NCBI GenBank assembly: GCA_013239625.1
Contig: MU053365.1
Span: 1,646,115 to 1,710,114, forward strand
Direction of reading: 5' to 3'
Source: Lama guanicoe
Taxonomy: Eukaryota
DNA length: 64,000 bases
This document shows, in pieces, positions 50,280 through 62,200 of the stretch. The first letter of the stretch is position 1, and each line of letters starts with the position of its first letter. The notes under the pieces were generated by a model, which had not been told where the DNA came from, made no database searches, and saw only the letters and a program-made list of their open reading frames with translations. The translations under genes were made by a program, and so were the position numbers.

Positions 50280-51780
50280 TGTGTTCTATCTCTGTAGATT
50301 TTCCTATTCTAGACATTTCATATAAATATAATCATACAATTTGTGGTCTTTTGTGACCAGCTTCTTTTACTTAGAAAAATGTACTCAGGGTCATGCTTTG
50401 GTATGTGTCAGTACATCATTCCTTTTTATGGCCAAATGATATTCCATTTTTTATATATACATATACATGTATATGTATGTACTTCATTAAATTTATCCAT
50501 TTAACAATTGGAAACTTGAGCTGTTCCCAGATTTTTGCTATTATGTGTAATGCTACCATAAACATTTGTATTCAAGTTTGTTTGTGGAAAAATGTTTTCA
50601 ATTCTCTACATTATAAACTAAAGTAGAATTGCTGCATCATGTGGTATTCTATATTTAATCTTTTGGAATAAGATCTGTATACCTTTTTTTCTTGTTTAAT
50701 TACACTGGCTACAACCTCCATTACAATATTGAATAGAAGTGATGGAAGTGGACAGCTTTATCTTGTTCCTGATCGTATCAGAAAGGCTTCAGTTTGCACC
50801 TCGTGTGTGATATTTTCTGTGAATTTTTCATAGATGCCCTTTGTCAGATTGAGGAAATTCCATTCTATTTTTAGTTTGATGATTGTTTTTATTGTGCAAT
50901 GGTGTTAGATTTTGTTAAATGCTTTTCGTCTGTTTAGATGATCATATTTTTTTTCCTTTATTCTATTAAAATGATGTGTTACGTTGATTGATACACATAT
51001 GTTGAATGAACTTTGCATACTTTGGATAAATCCCACTTGTGTGGTGTATAATCCTTTTTCTATGTTGCTGTATTCAGTTTGCTAGTATTTTTTTTTTGAA
51101 GGTGTTTATATTTGATAATATCACCTAGGTGATATTGGTCTGTAGTCTTTGTTCTGTGGTGTATTTTCTGCCTTTGGTATCTGGATAATACTGGCCATAT
51201 AGAATGAGTTGGAAACTATCCCCTCCTCTTCTGTATTTTGAAAAATTTGTGAAGGACTAGCATTTATTCCTGTATTAACATTTGGTAGAATTCAGCAGTG
51301 AAGTTAAGCTATCTTGTCTTGAGATTTTCTTTGTGAAAAGGTTTTTGATGACTAATTCAATCTCTTTGCCTATAGGTTATGTTCAGATTTTCTACTTTTT
51401 CTTGAGTTAGTTTTAGTAGTTTGTATCTTCCTAGTAATTTTTGTTGACATATAGTGGTTTATAGTATCTCCTTATAATCCTTATTTCTGTAAAGTCAATA
51501 GGAATGTCCATTTTTTTCATTCTTGATTTTAGCAATTTGAATCTTCTCTTATTTTACTGGTCAGGTTAGCTTAATTTTTTCAATTTTGTTGAACTTTTCT
51601 AAGAACAACTTTGGTTTCATTGATTTTATCTGTTGTTTTTCTATTCTATAATTCATTTATTTCTACTGTAATCTTATTAGCTCCTTTCTTCTGTTTGTTT
51701 TGAGTTTCATTTCTCTTCTGTTTCTAGTTTATTATGTTGGAAAGTTAGGTTACTGACTTGAGATCTTCTTTTTTTTTTTT
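50280..51780 (-). mobile_element. Old L1M fragments
   Basis: Reverse L1 3'UTR and ORF2 motifs (ttttggtttcattgatttt-like, tggtagaattcagcagtgaag). Confidence 0.8.
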
Positions 51781-53799
51781 TTGAAGAAAATTTTTAAAAT
51801 GAAATGAGTTTGAAGGTCTATAGTTTGGGCAGAGATGGTGTAGCTAGTATGCCTGAAGGAATAATTCTGAGGGACTCTGAGGATTTTAGTATTTAACAGT
51901 TCTTTTGAAAATATCTGTTAGTCAGCTGAAAAAGTTTTGAACCATTAATTTGATTATTAGTCATCTATCTGTGATCACGTGGGTAGTAATGTGTAAAAAC
52001 CCTCTTTCCTGGCACTATGTTTAGGATACTATATTACATGGTCTCTGCTGGTGGGGGTGTAAATGGGAAAGACCTTCTGAAAACCCATAAGAAAAGATAT
52101 CACAAAAATGGCTGGTAGGTAGTTCTTTAGAAAGTGGGAGGGAGGGTCAGACTAAGAGACATAGTGTTGTGACCACGTCAAATTTGCGTTATTCACTCTC
52201 TCTTTCCATGTCCCCAGATTTCACTGATCTTACTATGTAATTTGGATAGACTATCACTAATTAAAACTCAATTACAACTCATTGATTTGAAGTAGAGTCT
52301 TTTTGTTGTTGTTGGCTTATGTACAGTTTCTTTATTTCTCTATCTCTAATGCTCTTTGCATGAAGCACTAAAAAACACCAAGGAAGTTTTTTTTAATTTT
52401 AATTTTAATTTTTTTCATTTTTTTCAGTTCTATTATGTAGAATTATTACAGCTTGATGGCACTTGCACATGATATTGCGTGTAAATACATATATACAGTA
52501 TACTGCACTTTTTTTAGTTTACATATATGTACTAATTATTGTTTCTAAGAACAGATTATATCTTTAGCTTTTTAAACTTGCATAGTTATCAAAGAAATAA
52601 AGCCAACTACAAAATAAGAAACAACAGAATGCAGTAATCCAGTCATAAAGAACTGTCAAATGTGCTTACACATATTCAAGAAATCAAAATAATAATTAGT
52701 TCATGTCCTTATTATTATTGTTATTATTTTTAGATTCTTCATATAAATGATGTCATATGGCATTTTTCTTTCTCTTTTCGACCCACTTGGGATGTACTTC
52801 CATGGTAGGGACATAACAGGACTTAACAAGGGAACATAGATCAGATGCTGGTCTTTTCTATATATCCAAAATAAGTGCTTTTTTAGTGTTACAAATAGGT
52901 TTCTAGATAAGTGTCCAGCAATTTTAGGAAGACTGGATCATATTTGTACCATATTTGTACCATATTTTTCCCTTTACAGATCTAAAGGCATTTATAAAAT
53001 GTCTCTAATGTGCAGGTTTTTGTTATGAGGTGATATATAGTTGAACAAGAACTGTACCTGCCTTCAAGGAACTTGTGGTTATGTCAGAGAGGAAGAGACA
53101 TGTAAATGAAAAAGTAAAATAAATAGAGGACAGTTGCCTCTCCCTTGGTAAAGATGAAAGTAAATTCTCCAACAGTGTTCATATTGATCAGATCTCAGGA
53201 CTTGAGATCCTCCAGTTCTTCATCTCATGCAAAGCTCACCACTTTACTGCCATTTAGTTTCTCAGACACTCCAGAATTAGACATTCTGTCACAGTTTGGG
53301 GGAGGTACTTTTGGGCAACAGGTTAAAAGACTGTGCTTGGTGCTGTGAAGCTACAGTAAATTCTGAGTTGAAGACTTCATACCCTCTTTCTTAGGTTCTA
53401 ATTATGCACAGTCTCAGGGTAGCTCTTTACCCTAGAAAGTAGGTTAGTCACAGCTGGGCTGTGAAAACAAATAAATGGTCCATGCTTTCCCAAAGCTCAC
53501 TTTGTAGTTATGGTTCTGGAAGCTACATATAATATACAGACAATATCCATTCTCAGTGTACAAACAATGGTACCAGGTAAGGAACCTGTCTTGTTCTCAG
53601 AAAATCAATTTTATTCATATACTCAAGTGTCCTTCTATAGAATTGCTCAAATTCTGTCCTTACACAGAAAACTCCATCTGAATACCAAATTCCTTTACCT
53701 TCTAACTCATTTATTCTACCTCCCTTCTCAGAACCTAGAATTGTGCCAGTGGTTAGAAACTCCCCTCTGATGTCACCATATAAGTAGAGATTAAGATGG

Positions 53800-54850
53800 T
53801 ACTATCAACAAAGCAAAAAGCCTGTGGAATGGGAGGTAATACTTGCAAATGATGTGACTTACAAGGGGTTAATATCCAAAATATACAAACGGCTCATACA
53901 ACTTAATATCACAAAAACAAAGAACCCAATCAAGAAATGGGCAGAAGATCTAAACAGACATTTTTCCAAAGAAGACATACAGATGGCCAACAGGCACATG
54001 AAAAGATCCTCAACATCACTAATTATTAGAGAAATGCAAATGAAAACAATGAAGTATCACCTCACACCTGTCAGAATGGCTATCATCAAAAAGTCGACAA
54101 ATAAATGCTGGAAAGGGTGTGGAGAAAAGGGAACACTTATACACTTTCAATGGGAATGTAAATTGGTACAGCCACTATGGAGAACGGTATGGAGATTCCT
54201 CAAAAAACTAAAAATAGACTTACCATATGATTCAGTAATCTCACTCCTGAGCATATATCTGGAGGAAAATATCATTCGAGAAGACACATGCACCCCAATG
54301 TTCACAGCAACCCTATTTACAATAGCCAAGACATGGAAACAACCTAAGTGTCCATCAACAGATGAATGTATAAACAAGATGTAGTATACATATACAATGG
54401 AATGTTAATCAGCTGTGAAAAAGGATGAAATTCTACCATTTGAAGCAACGTGGATGGACCTAGAGAATATTATGCCTAGTAAAATGAGTCAGATAGAGAG
54501 ACAAATATTGTATGTATCACTTATCTGTGGAATCTAAAAAATAATACAAACAAATGTATATATATAAAACAGAAACAGAGTCACACATATAGAAAACAAA
54601 CTTGTGATTGCCAAAGGGAAGAGAAAAGGGGAAGGACAAATCAGAGGTATGGGATTAAGAGATACAAACTACTATGTACAAAATAGATAAGCAACAAGGA
54701 TATATTGTATAGCACAGGAAATTGTAGGCATTATCTTGTAATAACTTTTAATGAAGTATAATCTGAAAAAATTCTGAATCATTATTCTGTACACCTGAAA
54801 TGAATATAATATTGTAAATCAACTATACAACAATTAAAAAAGAAATAAAA
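53800..54850 (+). mobile_element. 5'-truncated L1 (ORF2 C-terminus, 3'UTR, A tail)
   Basis: ORF 53824..54384 contains [47 protein letters not shown]. Confidence 0.95.
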
Positions 54851-56169
54851 TCATTGGGTACAAAACATCTATAATTAACAAAAAAATTTTAGACAGTTAA
54901 CAAAATTTTATTTGAAGATAATCAACTTTAAGCATTGGTTATTAGAACACAATAAATGACTTGAATTGTTAAGAGAAAGCAAAAAGATGATACCCAGAAC
55001 TTTTCATTCAGTTCATCTCTTTACAATTTTATTTTATTTTATTTTATTTTTGGCTTGCTTTATTTTTTGATTGTTTATTTTTTTTTACTGAATTATTGTT
55101 GATTTACAATGGTGTGTTAGTTTCTGATGTACAGCATACTGATTCAGTTACATATAACTGAAAGTATAACTACAATGAGAAGTCTCCTTACAATTTTAAT
55201 GTCAACTTTTAAAAATATTACGTGTGAAAGAATGAAGTGACAAAAGGATTACTTGAGTCTCAATAAATATTGCAGCCCTTGTTAAGTGTGAATAAATAAT
55301 GCATTAGATTTCCCCCCTAATTTTTCTACAGTTGTTCCTTGTTAACACAGAAGTAAGTGAGAGAGAAGGAGAATAGAGAAAGAGTATAACAAAAACCATA
55401 CTTGGACATGGTCACAGGACTGGAGCTGTGCCTGAAGGGTAAATTGTGAATTTTACATTGTTCTTTTAGGAAATGGGATAGAAACTGGTGTAATCTCTGA
55501 TATAAGCTTGTTCAAACCATTTTAGGGTTGAGTTGAAAATTGTGTTTGTGAATTTTTGTGCTTAAATCTAATAACCATACAGCTTACCCCATTCCAAGCT
55601 GTGGGGAGAAATTTAGTTTGAATTTTAAAGTAGACAAATTTTTCTTTATCACCTAACGTTGTAGGGAAGGTACCTCACATGACTGCTGCTGCTGTTAACT
55701 TACGTGCTCCTTCCTGAAATCCCAGCATATTCTATGTGCTTGCCTGTGATAGTGACTACTCTGAGTGAGCTTTTCCTTGTTTTTGAATGTGTCTTTGGGT
55801 TAGGATTTTAATTTTATGTGGTTGTGCTTATGTTGTGTGGATATTTTCATGGGGTTGGTTTTGATAGTTTGTGGACTTTATTCTTTATATTTTCTAGTAT
55901 TATTATTGTATACAAGTTTGTTTTTAATATGCTATTGGATTCAGTTTGCTAGTATCTTGTTGAGTATTTGATTAGAACTCTTGAGACTGAGGAGATTTTA
56001 CATTGGCTTCATTTACTCTTTTATGGGTGTCCATAGTCACATCAGGGCCTCAGAAGGCAGAAACTGAGAAGCAGGTTATTATATATTTTATGTATGTATG
56101 TTAGGAAGTGTAATATATCCTGCTGCTCCCTCCCCCTAAGATGATCCCCTTAAACCACATCAGTATGTT

Positions 56170-59100
56170 GCCTTGGCAACTACTATTTGCTATGCTTTTC
56201 TTTTCAGAAAGTTGTATAACTCTTTTTGCCTAGCCTCTTTCATCAGCATTATTATTTAGAGATTCATCCAAGTTCTTGTGTATATTAATGATTCAAATAT
56301 TTTTATGCCTAAGTGGTATTCCAATACATGTATAGACCGTATTTTGCTTATCTATATACCTATTGATAAACATTTGGGTTGTTTCAAGTTTTTGGCTATT
56401 ATGAGTAATGCTGCAGTAAACATTGATGTACAAATTTTTGTGTGAACATTTGTTTTGGAATAGCAAGATCATATAGTAGGTATATGTTCAACCTTTTGAG
56501 AAACTGATAATCTGTTTCCCAAATTGGTTGTACTGTTTTACATTTCCAAATTTCCGGTTCCTCTGTATCCTTAACAACATTTAGCATAGTTAATCCTTTT
56601 AATTTTAGCCATCCTAGTGGGAGTCAAGTGCTACCTCATTATGGTCTTATTTTGCATTTCCCTAGTAACTAATGATGCTGAGCATTTTTATGTGCTTACT
56701 TGCCATTTGTATATGGTTTTTAGAAAACTTTATTTGTAAAGGTGAAAAAACTGGAATACTACTCAACAATAATAAGAAATGTACCATTGACATATACAGC
56801 AGTTAGGTTGAATCTCAAAGACATTTTGCTGATTAAAAGAAGCCATTCTCAAAAGTTTGCATACTGCATGATTCCATTTGTATGACATTCTTAAAAAGAT
56901 AAACATATATTCATGAAAAGTAGGTGAATAATTTTCAGGGTTTAGGAGTGGAGGATGGTGTAACTATAAAACAATAATACAAGGAAAGTATCTAAGGTGA
57001 TGGAACTATTCTTTATCTTGATAGTGATGATGTTTACTCAAATCTATTACATGTGTTAAAATCATAGGTCTATGTACATTAAAAAATTCAGTTTTACTAC
57101 ACATTTTTTCATCTTTATGCTCTTGCTATATGCAATTTTGGTTTTTTTTTTAATTTTAAAGGCTTTTTTAAGAGGAGTTTTAGGTTCACAGCAAAATTGA
57201 GAGGAAGGTGCAGAGATTTCCCATATACCTCCCTGTTCCAACACATGCATTGCCTCCCCCATTATCATCATCACTCTTCAGAGTGGTACATTTCTTACAA
57301 TTGATGAACCTACACTGACACATAATTAACAGCTAAAGTCTATAGTTTACCTTAGTACATTATTTTTTCTTGGTCTCAGCTTTTTTTTTTTTGTAAGTAG
57401 GATATCTCATTTCTCCTATAATTACAATGCATAGTAAGTAATTCACCAAGAAAACTTTATCTATTGATTGACTGGCAATATTCCTAAAAAAATTTTAATC
57501 TGTTATGCTTAGAAGATAAATTTAGCAATAATGGGAACTTCACCAAATGGCTACTTAATACACTATTTCATAGAGCTTCTCCAATTGTTAGGTTCTGGTT
57601 TCTCATGGACTATAGATCTCCTATGGAACATCGTGGTCTCTCTTATTTTATAACATCTTTCTATGTATTCTTTTTACTTCAGCAGCCTGATATTAGCCCA
57701 GCCCATATATTTACAGGCAGGATGTTACTCTTGTTATTTTTAGTTTGTGCCAATCTACTTGGTAAGTCTATTGAATGACTGACTGATGTATTGATTGTCC
57801 TTGAGCCTTTCTTGGACAAAAAACCATTGATGGTGTGAGAAGTGGGGGCTTAATACATTTTTAATTGAAGTATAATTGACATCCAATATTATATTAGATT
57901 CAGGTATACAACATAGTGATTTGATATTTATATACATTATGAAATAATCAGTACTATAAGCCTAGTTACCTCCTGTCACCATAAAAAGTTATCATAATAT
58001 TGTTGACTATATTCCCTCTACTGTACATAAGCATCTTTTATGTCTACAGAGCTTCTCTGCTGCACATCCTTATACCATGTCTCAGTCTTAATTGGTCAAG
58101 GTAAATAGTCCCTGGAACATAGTTCTCAGAATGTAAATAGGAGAAAATATTATCTCAAAAATTATAGTCTAGATCTTAGGTTTTATATCTGATTCTCTAA
58201 TAAGAGGAACCTGGAGTCCTTAGAGCAATGGTTGATCCTAGTGCTGGGGCAGGTTAAATACAAGATGAGTCTTGAGCAATCTGGAGTACCAGAAGTTAAG
58301 GAAGTATTCCCTAAAAAGGATAGAGCATGGCAAATTACCCAACTTGAAAGAACTTCAAATTGCCAAAGCTGAACAATTTCATCAGCAAAATCAGTAACAC
58401 TAGTATTTGATTCAAAAACAAATAATAAAATAAACATCCATGAATCCATACTGATATAAATAAATTATTGAATGAGTAAATATATGTGAGAGAAGGTACA
58501 AAACTTCTTTACAAAGAATTCTAAATAATATATGTAGATACTTCCCTCTCTAAGAGATGCACCTTAATGCCTCTTTGCTTGAATGTGGGCTTAGTGACTC
58601 ACTTTCAAAGAGTAGTGTATGGAAGGTGAAAAATAGCAACTTTACAGTACAGAAATCTGACAGACAAATACTATCTTAACCAAGAATTTAAGGTTAATAC
58701 TACCAGTGATAAGTTATATGGATATACCTCCTGATAAGAGGCAAGGAGAAGGGCACTTCATCTCTGTGGCATTTCTCTCAACCTCAAAACCCCACCCAGT
58801 CTAATCAAAGGAAAACATCAGAAAAACTCAATTTGAGAGACATTCTAGAAAATGGCTGACCAGTACTCTTCAAAACTGTAAACAGCATGAAAAACAAAAA
58901 AAGGACTGGGAAATTTTACTTATCAGAGAACCAGAAAATGACATTAGTGGGAAAAGTGATGAAATACAAATAATGTCTGTAGTTTTGTTAATATTATTGT
59001 GCCACTGTTAATTTCTGAGTTTTTATTAATGTACTGTGGTTATCTAAAATGGGATGCTTATGGGAAGCTGTGTGATGGGTGCATGAACATTCACTATACT

Positions 59101-60231
59101 CTATTTACACACAAAAATAAATCTAAATCTAAAATTATTCCAAAATGTATGTAAGAGAAACCAGGAAAAAACAACTGAAAAGTGTACATCGAATTCTGCT
59201 TCTGCCTTGTATACAAAACAATGAAAGATGTGGATTTCAACATAATAACATGAGAAAGTCAGATAAACACCAAACTCATAATTTTTCTTGAACACCTTAG
59301 AGATCTATGGTCATAGATCTATAAAGTAGCTTGATTTTAAGAAAAGATAGCCCCTCCCAGAAGAAATAGGATGCAGGTACTGGCTTATCAGTGACAGAGA
59401 AATTGAAGTAACTGTATTGGCTTAGCAAGGACCCAAGTCACAAGCAACAGCACCACTGGGAAAGGGGTAGGGACCTGGAGAGAGATCACTATGTGATTTA
59501 GGTGTGATGGATGTCAGAGGTCAATGAACAAAGTAAAAGCACTGAGAAAAGTCCTCTGAAATCCAGACATCACCCTAAGCACAAAACAATGCTAGACAAA
59601 TGTAAACCCTGTACTGAGTTTAAGCTAAGCATCACAACAATAAATCCCAATCCCAAATTCATAACTGACAACATTGACTCAACTGCCCTATCACATGAGA
59701 AAAGCCTGACAGAAAAAGTGGTGTGTTCATTTCCAGATGCAAATATTATTTACCTCATTTTCTACTATTCTGTACATGATATTCAGCATCAAATAAAAGT
59801 TTTAAAATACACACTCGAAAGACAAGGAAACCTACTATCAAGAGACAAAGAAATCAATAAAACAAGATTCAGAGATCATCTATCAGACAGAGACTTTATC
59901 ATAACTATGATTAACGTATTTAAGTATCTAGTGGAAAAGTAGACATCTTGCATGAGCCGCTGGGGAACTTTAGCACAGAGATAGAAACTATAAGAAAGAG
60001 TTAAATGGAAATGCTACAAATATAGAAAAAACAACATGCTTCTTTCAGAGATAAAGATTTACTTTGGTGTGTCAGTAATTATCTCAGTGCCTTGCAAAGG
60101 CAGAAATCTGTGAAGGCTTGAATAAAAGCATTTCCACATAATCTTTCTTACGGTTTCTCTGTGCTAAAATTCCCCGTCTGCTCATATGAGGTGTCTACTT
60201 TTTCCACCAAATATTAAATATGTTAATCATA
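56170..60231. mobile_element. Patchwork of L1M fragments in both orientations
   Basis: Several L1 3'UTR pieces (56170-56725 -, 56740-57105 +, 57150-57355 -, 57858-58030 -, 58185-59140 +) and L1 5'-type sequence to ~60230. Confidence 0.65.
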
Positions 60232-60237
60232 TTTGGG

Positions 60238-60370
60238 TTGGGCTGCCACACTGAGCCATTCAGTGTGCAGTGCCTTTCACAAGAAGGTGTCATTCATGTG
60301 GACTAAAATATGAATGGTGCCTTTTTGAGAAGAGTAATGTACAACATGCAGGGCATGCGTGGTGGCCCTG
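60238..60370 (+). ncRNA. MIR513: miR-513 orthologue (5p 60276-60297, 3p 60311-60332)
   Basis: gccacactgagccattcagtgtgcagtgcctttcacaagaaggtgtcattcatgtggactaaaatat follows recalled hsa-mir-513. The 5p arm TTCACAAGAAGGTGTCATTCAT differs from recalled miR-513b-5p at 2 positions. The stem has one true mismatch. Confidence 0.9.
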
Positions 60371-60779
60371 GGGTCGGTTGGTAGCTGTGAGCACAGATGC
60401 CTTTTTTGGAGCCAAGGCACCCACTCTTCAGTGCTCGGCTACCTCAAGAACTTCTTCTGCCTTCTAAGGAATGTACGTGGGAAGCATGGGCTCCTGGGAA
60501 AGCACTACCACTTAGGTTCTTCAAGAATTTATATACTTTTGCCAAATGAGGTGTGACAAAAAAATGGGAAAAAACATTGTATTGAGAACATAGTCCTCCT
60601 TCTTTGTCAGCTGAGCATCTGTCCCCTATATTGCCAAATTCCCTAAACTTTTTTCACCTGTCAGCTTTTCATTTGCAAAGCTTCACTTTTAGAGCTCCCC
60701 AAATATTCTCCTGCCCCTCAGACTTCTCAACTGCTGAACCCCAAAGTCCATTTTTCTCTCAGAGACTGAAATGTTTTCT

Positions 60780-61240
60780 TATTTTTCCCAGCTTTATTGA
60801 AGCATGATTGACAAATACAACTTGTGTATATTTAGGTAGGACGATGTGATTTTTTTAAGGTATACAGTATGATGGTTTGAAATACCTATAAAATTGTGAA
60901 ATGATTACCACAGTCAAGTTAATTAACGCATCCATCATTTCCTATGGTTACCTCTTGTGTGTGTGATGAGAACATCTAAGATCTATTCTCAGCAGATTTC
61001 AAGTATATGACACAGCATTATTAACTATATTAACTATAGCCACTATGCAGTACATTAGACTCCTAGGACTTATAACTGAAAATTTGTACCCTTTGACTAA
61101 CATCTCCTCATTTCTCCCCAACTCTCCAGCCCCTAGAAACCACCCTTCTGTTCTCTGGTTCTATGAATTTGACAATTTACACTCCACATATAAGTGAAAT
61201 CATAGAGTATTTTTCTTTTTCTGTCTCATTTATTTCACTA
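60780..61240 (-). mobile_element. L1 3' end
   Basis: Reverse 3'UTR (cagctttattgaagcatgattgaca..ccacatataagtgaaatcata). Confidence 0.85.
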
Positions 61241-61334
61241 TTTGGATGGCTACCTCCATTGTTTCCAAGTTTATGAATTTTCTTTGTTATGTTCTTATTA
61301 ATTGACTTTAATAATACCCTTTAAACATTTGTCA

Positions 61335-62200
61335 TCAACTATTAGAGTAAAACATAGTCTCCCAAGGACATCTGGAAGGATGGAAGGGGACACCTGGAGT
61401 AATCAACAGCTGCCAGAGCAGGGGAGGAGGCTGGGGATGTGACCAGAGACAGTGGAGCCCTTTCCTTTTCTGGAGGAAAGCAAGGTACAGAGCTGTCTGG
61501 AGATTGGCTGCAAATCTGCACAAATCCCAACTGCCAGTAAAACTCCCTGATGCAGTGTAAGGAAGCATATCTGGGTAGGAGAATCATTGCATCCCCAATT
61601 CCCAACACAGGGTTGTGAAGCACAACACCTGCTTCCCAGACTGGAAGGGCTGCTGTGCCCTGCCATAGATGCTCTCCAGGGTCCTGAGCTTTGCATGTTC
61701 TCTCTCTCTCTCTCCCCCTCTCCGCCCGCCTCACCACAATTGGAAAGGGAAAGATAAAATGGCATTTCCCCATTTTTCAGGAGGTCTGACCTACCTCCCT
61801 TCCCTTCATTCCTTCACATGACATATAGAGAAAAGACAAAGTGAACATGATGACAACTATTCACTAAGTGTGTGTCCTGGGCAGGAAGGGCCACCTCACT
61901 CACATGGTGACAACAGAGCTGTATAGGCTGCTTTCAGTGTGTCAGTGGACATCAGAATTTCTTTAAAAACCTGGCCAAGCCAATACCACCTACCTCTCTC
62001 TTCCACCCTACGTAGTGTGGGTATCCCCTCATCTACCCTGAATACAATCAGAAAGGATAAGATGTCCTCCTTTCTCATCCCCAAGGCAGGGATACCCTTT
62101 GTTGATGATTTTCACAGGAGGGTTAGATGCCCACTTAAGTGGGGTTGCCTATGTCTTAATTCAATTGGAATGAAGTCTGTTCAAAAGAGAAAGAGACTCC
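61335..62200 (-). mobile_element. Highly decayed Ty3/Gypsy-type pol (reverse transcriptase) remnant
   Basis: Ordered minus-strand motifs: PALGMRKEDILSFLIVFR (cf. PxxxVRKKDGxLRFCIDYR), PTLRRVEE (PLPRIEE), VFKEILM..YTALLSP (FxQIPM..TAFxTP), VVIMFT (DIIIFS), GKCHF (KCxF), IREFYWQLGF (VRSFLGxxGY). Confidence 0.55.

Noticed and set aside
53824..54384. 186-aa ORF as a gene
   Set aside because: C-terminal piece of L1 ORF2 in a 5'-truncated insertion.
17083..60370. CRISPR-like or satellite interpretation of the recurring elements
   Set aside because: The DNA is mammalian; the copies are diverged, irregularly spaced by kilobases and match miRNA precursors.
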